Assembly (NCBI GenBank): GCA_035357435.1 | Contig: DAOPNM010000022.1 | Location: 1 to 8,000 of the forward strand | Direction of reading: 5' to 3' | From: an archaeon | Lineage (GTDB): Archaea; Iainarchaeota; Iainarchaeia; Iainarchaeales; CSSED10-239 | Length of the DNA: 8,000 bases | Shown here: piece after piece, positions 1-6,245 of the stretch | Numbering within the stretch: the stretch's first letter is position 1 | Layout of the letters: each line of letters opens with the position of its first letter | Position numbers and translations under genes: made by a program | The notes under the pieces: generated by a model | Told to the model about the DNA's origin: nothing | Seen by the model: only the letters and a program-made list of their open reading frames with translations | Database searches by the model: none

Positions 1-1
1 A

Positions 2-928
2 AAACACCCAGTTTGTTCACTAAGACCACAAGGAAAGGAAATAGTAAGAACATGGTTATATTATACACTTTTAAAAACATACCTTGTAAATGGAACAAAA
101 GCATTTGATAATGTATACATACATCATCATATATTAGATGGAAATGGATACAAAATGTCAAAATCTAAAGGAAATGTTATAGATCCATTATATATTCTAG
201 ATAAATATGGTGCAGACAGCTTACGACTATGGGCAGTTGCAGAAGGAAACTTAGATCAAAAAGATTTTAAATGCTCAGAAGAAAAGATTGCAAGTGAACA
301 AAAAACTTTACAAAAAATATGGAGTATTGCATACTTTATATATCAATTCAAAATAAACCAAAACAAACAAACAAAACTAACAGAACTAGACAAATGGATA
401 AGAAAAGAAACAAACGAAATAATTGAAGACACACAAAAATGTTATGACAACTATGACTTCCATACACCTATTATGAAAATAAAACATTTCATATGGGACA
501 CCTTCTCATCACACTACTTAGAACTTGCAAAAAACAGATGTTATAACCAAAACAAACAATATTCTGAAGAAGAACAAAATGGAGCAATTGAAACACTAAA
601 TTATTGTTTTAAAAACATATTATACATATTACATCCAATAACACCATTAATTACACAAAAAATACTAAAAGAAAACTATAATGAAAACACATATGACCAC
701 ACATTTCCAAAACCAGAAACATACAATACAAACATTACAACAGAAGATATAGAAAGCATAAATGAAACTATCTGGAAATATAAAAAAGAACATCAAATGT
801 CACTAAAAGAAAATATTAATAAAGTGTTCCTTCCTAATAAATATAAAGAAATCAAACAAGATTTAATAGAAACACACAAAATAAATGAAATAATATTTAC
901 AGATCAAAACAAAATTATAATAGAATAA
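2..928 (+). CDS. valS: Valyl-tRNA synthetase, C-terminal portion (5' end lies upstream of the window)
   Basis: The frame starting at position 2 has no stop before 926. It reads KHPVCSLRPQGKEIVRTWLYYTLLK...HHHILDGNGYKMSKSKGNVIDP. The track ORF at 155 starts on the Met of the class I KMSKS loop, so the true CDS continues upstream. From memory, LRPQG-x-EI(V/I)RTW ahead of KMSKS is the archaeal-type ValRS pattern. It does not fit LeuRS, IleRS or MetRS. Downstream, DKWI...FIWDTFSSHYLELAKNR resembles the ValRS anticodon-binding domain. Stop TAA at 926-928. Confidence 0.8.
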   Translation, partial: KHPVCSLRPQGKEIVRTWLYYTLLKTYLVNGTKAFDNVYIHHHILDGNGYKMSKSKGNVIDPLYILDKYGADSLRLWAVAEGNLDQKDFKCSEEKIASEQKTLQKIWSIAYFIYQFKINQNKQTKLTELDKWIRKETNEIIEDTQKCYDNYDFHTPIMKIKHFIWDTFSSHYLELAKNRCYNQNKQYSEEEQNGAIETLNYCFKNILYILHPITPLITQKILKENYNENTYDHTFPKPETYNTNITTEDIESINETIWKYKKEHQMSLKENINKVFLPNKYKEIKQDLIETHKINEIIFTDQNKIIIE

Positions 929-930
929 AT

Positions 931-1476
931 ATGGCAAACAAAACAAAATTTGGGAAACTACCAACCTATAACTATTATACGAGAAACAAATTATCAGTTA
1001 TAGGCGGAATAATCGTATTAATTTTATTTATACTTGCATTATGGTTAATAACAACATATGCAAAAACTAATCAACTATCTGCAATTATAAAAACTAATGA
1101 AAAATTTGGAGTAACTGCAGAAAACCTAGTTCCTGAAAATTCTGAACTATACATTATTAAATTGCAAAAATTAAACAAACCAGAATATACAAAACCAATA
1201 ATTGATTTTATATATTTAGATAGAGAATCACAAGAAATAATCTCAATGACAAGTTTAGAAACAATAAAAGAACAGAAATGTATATCTAGAGATCTAAAAT
1301 TAAAAATAACGGCATTTGTTGGAAAACAAAACACACTATTAGATAAATTTAAAGAAAAACAAGAAGAAATAGATAACTTAAAAAAAATATATTGGGACAA
1401 ATATATTGACATATTGGAACAAAATACAGAATATAAAGAAATACTTAATGAAATAAAAAATATACCTGTTTGTTAA
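931..1476 (+). CDS. Hypothetical single-pass membrane protein (N-terminal TM anchor, Lys/Glu-rich probably coiled-coil C-terminal domain)
   Basis: The 181-aa ORF starts 2 nt after the valS stop (TAA-AT-ATG). Its sense strand has the same A-rich bias as neighbouring genes. A hydrophobic stretch SVIGGIIVLILFILALWLITTY (about nt 994-1059) follows a short basic N-terminus. The C-terminal part (DKFKEKQEEIDNLKKIYWDKYIDILEQNTEYKEILNEIK) looks helical and heptad-like. I recognise no family motif. Confidence 0.55.
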   Translation: MANKTKFGKLPTYNYYTRNKLSVIGGIIVLILFILALWLITTYAKTNQLSAIIKTNEKFGVTAENLVPENSELYIIKLQKLNKPEYTKPIIDFIYLDRESQEIISMTSLETIKEQKCISRDLKLKITAFVGKQNTLLDKFKEKQEEIDNLKKIYWDKYIDILEQNTEYKEILNEIKNIPVC

Positions 1477-1500
1477 TAAAAAGAAAAATGTAACATAAAC

Positions 1501-2076
1501 ATGAAAATGCAAGAAATGTCTATTGGTGCAGAAGCAAAAATATACAAAACAACAATAATTGAAGAAGAAACAATAATAAAACAAAGAATTTCAAAAAAAT
1601 ATAGAAACCCAATATTAGATGAAAAAATAAACAAAACAAGAAACAAAAAAGAAGCAGGATTATTAAAAAAATGTAAACAATTAAAAATAAATACACCATA
1701 TATATACTACATTGGAAAAACAACAATTGTTCAACAATATATAAAAAACGATTCAAACTACAAACCACACTTAATGGAAATTGGAAAAACTATTGCAAAA
1801 ATGCATAATAACAACATAATACATGGAGACTTAAATTTAAAAAACATAATAATAAACAACAAAAAGATATACATTATAGACTTTGGATTGGGATACATTT
1901 CCAACAAAATAGAAGACAAAGCAACAGACTTGCTTGTGTTCAAAAAAACATTACTAAGCAAAGAAGAAACTGAAAAATATTGGGAAAAAATATTAAAAGG
2001 GTATATTAAAGAAACCAATGAAAAAAACACAATCCCACAAATAAAAAAGATAGAAGAAAGAGGAAGATACCTATAA
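1501..2076 (+). CDS. bud32: Bud32 / PRPK-type atypical protein kinase, KEOPS (t6A) complex subunit
   Basis: The 191-aa ORF carries the full Bud32 motif set. These are IGAEAKIY (the GAEA glycine-loop equivalent), IIKQRISKKYRNPILD (Bud32-typical K-x-R-x-x-K-x-YR-x-P-x-LD), the catalytic loop HGDLNLKN, IDFGLG (DFG), EDKATDL and the C-terminal ERGRYL tail. The start could instead be the ATG at 1507 or 1516. Confidence 0.85.
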   Translation: MKMQEMSIGAEAKIYKTTIIEEETIIKQRISKKYRNPILDEKINKTRNKKEAGLLKKCKQLKINTPYIYYIGKTTIVQQYIKNDSNYKPHLMEIGKTIAKMHNNNIIHGDLNLKNIIINNKKIYIIDFGLGYISNKIEDKATDLLVFKKTLLSKEETEKYWEKILKGYIKETNEKNTIPQIKKIEERGRYL

Positions 2077-2147
2077 AATATATTTAAAAACAATTTGTAA
2101 TAATAATATATAACAAAAACAAAAAAATATAAAAAAAATGAAAAAAT

Positions 2148-2615
2148 ATGACACAAGAAAAACAAAATGAAACAGAACAAACACTAGAAATAAGTGAAAA
2201 ATCAAATTTACAAAAAAAAGGAAAACAAGAATCTCAAACAAAAACAAATAAAGATGAAATATATTCAGAAATTGAAAATCTTACAAAAAAAGGAGAGTCA
2301 AATGCCAAAATAGGTTTAGAATTAAAAAAGAAAAAAATATATACAAAACATACAGTTGGTAAAAAAATTGGACAAATACAAAAAGAAATGAACCTTTCAA
2401 AAAACAAAATCCCTGATGATCTAATGGCATTAATAAAACAAGCAGTACAACTTTTAAAACATAGAGAAAAAAACAAAAAAGATATGGCTGCAAAAAGAGG
2501 TTATCAATTAACTGTTTCTAAAATAAATAGATTAACAAAATATTATATCAAACAAGGAAAACTTCCAAACGATTGGAGATACTCTGAAGAAACAGCTAAA
2601 TTACTTGTAAAATAA
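2148..2615 (+). CDS. rps15: 30S ribosomal protein uS15 (archaeal S15P / eukaryotic S13e type)
   Basis: The 155-aa ORF contains IPDDLMALIKQAVQLLKHREKNKKDMAAKRGYQLTVSKINRLTKYYIKQGKLPNDWRYSEETAKLLV. This closely follows the archaeal S15P pattern as I remember it (IPEDLM.LI.RAV.LRKHL...KD....RGLQLIESKIRRL.KYY...GKLP..W.Y....AKLLV). The S13e-type N-domain is also visible (EIENLTKKGESNAKIGLELKK). Confidence 0.85.
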   Translation: MTQEKQNETEQTLEISEKSNLQKKGKQESQTKTNKDEIYSEIENLTKKGESNAKIGLELKKKKIYTKHTVGKKIGQIQKEMNLSKNKIPDDLMALIKQAVQLLKHREKNKKDMAAKRGYQLTVSKINRLTKYYIKQGKLPNDWRYSEETAKLLVK

Positions 2616-2632
2616 AATTAAAAAATAAATAT

Positions 2633-2636
2633 GGAG
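2633..2636 (+). promoter_or_regulatory. Shine-Dalgarno-like GGAG upstream of rps3ae
   Basis: GGAG lies 7 nt upstream of ATG 2644, in a 28-nt intergenic spacer that otherwise has almost no G. Confidence 0.4.
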
Positions 2637-2643
2637 AATCAAA

Positions 2644-3225
2644 ATGGCAGAAATACAAAAAAAAGCAAAAAGAACAGTTGATACCTGGAAAAAAAAGAAA
2701 TGGTATATTATCGAAGCAGATCCTTTATTTAATAATAAAGAAATTGGAAAAACAATTGCTGCAGATAACAAAAACTTAATAGATAAAAAAATAACAAAAT
2801 CATTAGAAGAAATAACAAACAACATAAAAGATTCTGCATATCAAATAACATTTAAAATAAACAAAGTAACAGCAGGGAAAGCAGAAACAATTATTGACAA
2901 CTATAATATTAAAGATTCTTATCTTAGAAGATTTGTGAAAAGAGAAAAATCAAAAATAGAAGATATTTTATATCTAGAAACAAAAGATGAACAAAAACTA
3001 AAACTAAAAATAATATTTATTAGTGGTGCAAAATACTCTACAAGCTTAAGAGCAAAGGCAAGAAACATAATGAAAGAATATTTTAAAAATGAAATAAAAG
3101 AAAAAACACTTCAAGAAGCATGGAATGATATAATCTTTCAAAAACTCTCAGATAAATGTAAACAAAAACTCATAAAGTTAGGATATGTTAACAAAATAAT
3201 CATTGCCAAAGCTAAAAGAATGTAG
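2644..3225 (+). CDS. rps3ae: 30S ribosomal protein eS1 (S3Ae)
   Basis: The 193-aa ORF begins KKAKRTVDTWKKKKWYIIEADPLFNNKEIGKTIAADNKNLIDKKI, which matches the S3Ae N-terminal signature (DKWK.K.WY.I.AP..F....IGET.A.DP..L.GR). Length and the Lys-rich C-terminus are typical. A GGAG at 2633-2636 lies 7 nt upstream of the ATG. Confidence 0.85.
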   Translation: MAEIQKKAKRTVDTWKKKKWYIIEADPLFNNKEIGKTIAADNKNLIDKKITKSLEEITNNIKDSAYQITFKINKVTAGKAETIIDNYNIKDSYLRRFVKREKSKIEDILYLETKDEQKLKLKIIFISGAKYSTSLRAKARNIMKEYFKNEIKEKTLQEAWNDIIFQKLSDKCKQKLIKLGYVNKIIIAKAKRM

Positions 3226-3232
3226 ATGACAA

Positions 3233-3919
3233 ATGTCTATTTTGTTTATATATGTAATAATCTTTTTAATAATTGGAATAATCCTACACTTCACAAGAAA
3301 ATATGACTTACTAACAATTGCAATTGCTTACATTGTTCTAGGAGCATTCCTCTACTTCACAAACATATCTGTTGTAATATATGTTGGAATCTTTTTCATA
3401 CTTGCAGAACTAATTACAATGGTCACTGACAAAAAACATGAAAAAAGAACATATAAAAACATATTGGGAAACACAATTTCTGGAATATTCTTCTTAATCA
3501 TTGGAGGGGTAATCTCACTCATTAACCCAATAAACAAACAAACTTTTATAATTGCAGCAATTGCTAGCATAAGCTGTGCATTCTCAGACACACTCTCTTC
3601 TGAAATTGGTGTTTTATCTAAAAAACAACCAAGACTTATAACTAATTTAAAAAAAGAAGTAAATGCAGGAACATCTGGAGGAATAACACTATTGGGGACA
3701 GTTGGAGGAATCATTGGTGCAGGAATAACAGCATTATTGTTTTGGATATTCAAATATGATTACAAAACAATACTTATTATATCTATATGTGGAATCATTG
3801 GAACAATAATAGATAGCATAATAGGTGCTACTATTGAAAACAAAGAATACATAAACAACAATCAAACAAACATATTAGCCACATTCATTACAGGAATAAT
3901 TGCACTTCTTTTAATTTAA
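3233..3919 (+). CDS. DUF92 / TMEM19 / VTE6-family polytopic membrane protein (putative polyprenyl-phosphate kinase-like enzyme)
   Basis: The 228-aa ORF is very hydrophobic with multiple TM segments. Its core, FSDTLSSEIGVLSKKQPRLITNLKKEVNAGTSGGITLLGTVGGIIGAG, matches the DUF92/TMEM19 block as I remember it (DTWASE(L/I)G...PRLIT....V..GTNGG(V/I)(S/T)..G). It starts 7 nt after the rps3ae stop. Confidence 0.75.
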   Translation: MSILFIYVIIFLIIGIILHFTRKYDLLTIAIAYIVLGAFLYFTNISVVIYVGIFFILAELITMVTDKKHEKRTYKNILGNTISGIFFLIIGGVISLINPINKQTFIIAAIASISCAFSDTLSSEIGVLSKKQPRLITNLKKEVNAGTSGGITLLGTVGGIIGAGITALLFWIFKYDYKTILIISICGIIGTIIDSIIGATIENKEYINNNQTNILATFITGIIALLLI

Positions 3920-3930
3920 TTTATAAATAT
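3920..3930 (+). promoter_or_regulatory. TATA-box-like element positioned for a leaderless transcript of the archaeosortase-like gene
   Basis: TTTATAAATAT begins right after the DUF92 stop. Its centre (about 3925) lies about 27 nt upstream of the ATG at 3953, the canonical archaeal TATA-to-TSS distance. No Shine-Dalgarno-like motif lies in between. AT-rich background makes chance matches likely. Confidence 0.3.
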
Positions 3931-3952
3931 TTTCATACTCTAATAAATTACA

Positions 3953-4375
3953 ATGATTTCAAAAAAACAAAAAATTAATTTTATAATATATTTCTGTCTA
4001 TTTTATACAATTTCATTAATACTTATATTCAAAATAATTGGCCAGCCAATAATGGATTTTGAAATAAACCTTATAAAAAACATATTTGGAAACACACTAA
4101 ACTATACCCCTTTCCTATTTGCCCCATTTTGTAGTGGGCTTGTGGGGATATCTATTTATTTAACAATAATATTTTCATTAGGAATAACAAAAATATACAA
4201 AATAAAACCTATAAAAACAATAATATATACAATAACTTTATATCTAATAAACATAATAAGACTAATAATCGTACTACTCTCTGAAAAAATAAATATAGAA
4301 TTTGCACAAACTATCCATGTAATTTCATGGTTTATAATTGGCGGATTTATTCTTTGGTTTGTATATAAAAACTAA
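3953..4375 (+). CDS. Miniature exosortase/archaeosortase-family protein (candidate; 4 TM, 140 aa)
   Basis: The 140-aa ORF has four hydrophobic segments. It contains PFCSGLVGISIY (Cys60 in a C-S-G context), LINIIRLIIV (Asn100-x-x-Arg103) and TIHVISWFIIGG (His122 followed by Gly-Gly). Order, membrane context and spacing (Cys to Arg 43 residues) resemble the conserved Cys/Arg/His core of the exosortase/archaeosortase domain. This is a motif-level call only. The protein is about half the length of ArtA-type archaeosortases. Confidence 0.5.
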   Translation: MISKKQKINFIIYFCLFYTISLILIFKIIGQPIMDFEINLIKNIFGNTLNYTPFLFAPFCSGLVGISIYLTIIFSLGITKIYKIKPIKTIIYTITLYLINIIRLIIVLLSEKINIEFAQTIHVISWFIIGGFILWFVYKN

Positions 4376-4442
4376 AAAGATATATTAAATTAAAACAAGC
4401 CTATAATTTTAACTACTAATATATTTAAATACATTTTAATAC

Positions 4443-4468
4443 AAAAAAAAAGAAAAAAAGCAAAAAAA
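4443..4468 (-). terminator. Oligo-T transcription terminator immediately after secD
   Basis: Directly after the TAG stop, the minus strand reads TTTTTTT-GC-TTTTTTT-C-TTTTTTTTT, three T-tracts of 7, 7 and 9. Archaeal RNA polymerase terminates at oligo-T tracts. The site sits in the convergent gap with the + strand gene block. Confidence 0.5.
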
Positions 4469-6229
4469 CTATTTCTTATCACTATCTGAAGAAACAGAAG
4501 AAGATTCTTCTGATTCTTGCTTAGGAGTAGATAAAGAAACAACTGAACTAGAAGATCCACCTTTTGAAGATTGAGAGCCTTTTTGTTCATGTTTCTGTGC
4601 AGAAACCTCTAAATTTCTTTTTGCAATCTCTGCATAAACAGGTCTTGTTATTAAAATTCCAATAACTGTACCTAATAAAATAGTTACAGCAAAACCTACT
4701 AACTTCCCTAAACCACCACTAAAGAAAATAATTGGTAACATTGTTGCAGCCATTGTTGCAGCAGAAGCAAACATTATAAAAAATGCTTTCTTTAATCTTG
4801 AAATAAACGAACTCTTCGCCACTTGTGCATCTTGTTCTTTCTTTTCCCCTTTCAATAGTTCATCTATCATTATAATATTCACATCAACACCTGTAGCAAT
4901 TGTTGCTAAAATACCAGTCACTCCTGCCAAATCTAATCTAAATGAAAGTAAAGAAAGAACACCTAAAAGAATAATAATTTCTGTTGCACATGTTAAAATA
5001 ATAGGTAATGCTAAATTAATATGCTTATATCTTACAAACATTGCAATTGCAACAACCAATAAAACTAACAAACCAATCCATAAACAATAATTTAAAAAAT
5101 CCTTACCAAGATAAGGAGAAATTGTTTCAGTACTTATACTTTCAATAGGAATTGGCAAAGAACCAGATTCTAAAATCAAAACCAACTCATCTCTTCTTTG
5201 TGTAGCTTCTTCAAGAGTTGCACCACCACCTGTTATAGTTAAACTATTAAAAACTTGGAACCTTGAAGACTCCATTGTTGGCACGTCCATATTTGCAATA
5301 CCAGGGGTTAAAGAAATAATAGACTTCAAACCTGTTGCTTCCCAAATCCAAGGAAGATTCTCTGGTTTTTCTAAAATAGTAACTTTAAAACCTAACTCTT
5401 TTAATTTATTAACCACATCTTCAGAAACTGTTGGAGAAACAATAACTTTATAAACTCCTGAATTTTGATCAAGAAGTAAAGAACTAACTTGCTCTTGTGT
5501 TAAATTTTGATCAACAATATATGGTTTCTTTGGTAATTGTGCAAAAATTTCATCTATAGAAATATAATTACTATAAGAAGATTCTGGAACTATAGGGACT
5601 TCCTTTTCCTCCAAATAAAGTGCCTTATCCATAATTAAAATTGAATCTACTGGTCTATCTATAAAGAAAAAAGTTTTATCACACTCATAATCAGATTGAC
5701 CACCCATACCTATTGGCATACACTTATGGAAAGTCATTCTTGCAAACCTTTTTGCAGCATCTGGGGAAAGCATAAATGGGACAGACCATTCACTTTGACC
5801 TGTTTTTTTATCAACAACTGTTAATGAATACCCTTTTGTTGGATCTTTAGGGATATTTATAATATCATCACCAGAAAAAAGAACATTTCCATCTAAAACT
5901 GCTTCAAAACGTCCTTGCTTTAAAATATTTGACTTCAACTTTGCAATTTCGTTTGGATCAGACTCTGCTAACTGTGCAATTAAATATTGACTACCTGCAG
6001 GTGTAACTTTAACATCTTTTGCACCTGTCCAATCTAACCTTTTACTAATAACAGATGCAGTTTTTAAAAGATCTTCTGAAGAAACTGGTTGTTCTAAAAC
6101 AATTTGGAAAGAAGTGCCACCACTAAAATCAACACCAAACTGTAAACCTTTTGTAGCTAATAAAATAATAGATATAAAAACTAAAATAATCCAAATAATA
6201 ATTACTGGCTTCCTAAACAACTTATCCAT
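4469..6229 (-). CDS. secD: Protein-export membrane protein SecD (archaeal type) with a Ser/Glu-rich C-terminal tail
   Basis: The 586-aa ORF has an N-terminal TM (VIIIWIILVFISIILLA), then GVDFSGGTSFQI (the G-x-D-x-x-GG motif) and a large extracytoplasmic domain of about 350 aa. A five-TM RND-like block follows, containing GKDFL...TGVDVNIIMIDELLKGE (SecD-type acidic TM motif). It is the larger, downstream partner of the secF-secD pair. Stop TAG at 4469-4471. Confidence 0.85.
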   Translation of the reverse strand: MDKLFRKPVIIIWIILVFISIILLATKGLQFGVDFSGGTSFQIVLEQPVSSEDLLKTASVISKRLDWTGAKDVKVTPAGSQYLIAQLAESDPNEIAKLKSNILKQGRFEAVLDGNVLFSGDDIINIPKDPTKGYSLTVVDKKTGQSEWSVPFMLSPDAAKRFARMTFHKCMPIGMGGQSDYECDKTFFFIDRPVDSILIMDKALYLEEKEVPIVPESSYSNYISIDEIFAQLPKKPYIVDQNLTQEQVSSLLLDQNSGVYKVIVSPTVSEDVVNKLKELGFKVTILEKPENLPWIWEATGLKSIISLTPGIANMDVPTMESSRFQVFNSLTITGGGATLEEATQRRDELVLILESGSLPIPIESISTETISPYLGKDFLNYCLWIGLLVLLVVAIAMFVRYKHINLALPIILTCATEIIILLGVLSLLSFRLDLAGVTGILATIATGVDVNIIMIDELLKGEKKEQDAQVAKSSFISRLKKAFFIMFASAATMAATMLPIIFFSGGLGKLVGFAVTILLGTVIGILITRPVYAEIAKRNLEVSAQKHEQKGSQSSKGGSSSSVVSLSTPKQESEESSSVSSDSDKK

Positions 6230-6235
6230 ATGCTA

Positions 6236-6242
6236 CATCCCC
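6236..6242 (-). promoter_or_regulatory. Shine-Dalgarno-like GGGGATG between secF and secD
   Basis: The minus strand reads TAA-AAT-GGGGATG-TAGCAT-ATG. A G-rich block resembling GGTGAT of the archaeal SD consensus (GGAGGTGATC) sits 6 nt upstream of the secD ATG, inside the 16-nt secF-secD spacer. Confidence 0.4.
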
Positions 6243-6245
6243 ATT

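Noticed and set aside
155-928. Taking the track ORF start at 155 as the start of a 257-aa protein.
   Set aside because: The Met at 155 is the M of the KMSKS catalytic loop. The same frame is open back to position 2 and encodes conserved synthetase sequence, so the gene is truncated by the window edge rather than starting here.
931-1060. The N-terminus of the 181-aa protein as a class III (type IV pilin/archaellin-like) signal peptide.
   Set aside because: No (K/R)-G/A cleavage motif immediately precedes the hydrophobic stretch, and the charged region ahead of it is long (about 20 aa). It looks like an uncleaved signal-anchor instead.
931-1476. The ORF upstream of bud32 as a KEOPS partner such as Cgi121 or Pcc1.
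   Set aside because: Those subunits are small soluble proteins. This ORF has a clear TM anchor and no resemblance I can see to Cgi121 or Pcc1 sequences. Proximity alone is insufficient.
2121-2147. Long A-runs (A7-A8) here and in many CDSs (for example 2691-2698) as programmed slippage or frameshift sites.
   Set aside because: They are ubiquitous in this A-rich sense strand, encode Lys-rich segments in frame, and every gene reads through without needing a frameshift.
2413-2419. A C-box-like CTGATGA suggesting a C/D box sRNA.
   Set aside because: It lies inside the conserved IPDDLMAL codons of rps15. The first base is C rather than a purine. No D box (CTGA) occurs at the right distance, and no terminal stem is apparent.
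1071-2825. Seven antisense track ORFs on the - strand (1071-1412, 1378-1584, 1520-1768, 1758-2180, 2234-2476, 2281-2493, 2601-2825).
   Set aside because: All lie opposite well-supported + strand genes. Their translations are Phe/Leu/Ile/Cys-rich low-complexity strings, as expected from reading the complement of A-rich coding DNA. None has a recognisable motif, and several overlap one another in different frames.
3352-3753. A 133-aa antisense ORF inside the DUF92 gene whose translation looks less repetitive (Pro-rich N-terminus).
   Set aside because: It lies entirely opposite the most conserved block of the DUF92 protein (DT..SEIG...GTSGG). Its Pro-rich stretch is simply the complement of the Gly-rich GG(I/T) codons. 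It has no independent start context or motif.
3917-3955. Possible stop-codon readthrough or fusion of the DUF92 and archaeosortase-like ORFs, which are in the same reading frame.
   Set aside because: The 33-nt spacer contains the DUF92 TAA plus an in-frame TAA-TAA doublet (3941-3946). Three stops would need to be bypassed, so these are separate genes.
3953-4375. Reading FCSGLVG...H..GG as a rhomboid-type (GxSG...H) or CPBP/CAAX-type intramembrane protease.
   Set aside because: With 140 aa and four TM segments, it is too small for a six-TM rhomboid core. The Ser lies in C-S-G rather than G-x-S-G. The EExxxR and FxxxH motifs of CPBP proteases are absent. The Cys/NxxR/His pattern fits the exosortase family better.
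4390-4590. A 66-aa - strand ORF overlapping the 3' end of secD and the terminator region.
   Set aside because: It is out of frame with secD, overlaps its tail-coding region and runs through the oligo-T terminator, which produces the poly-Phe/Leu/Lys-like sequence. It is most simply a chance ORF.
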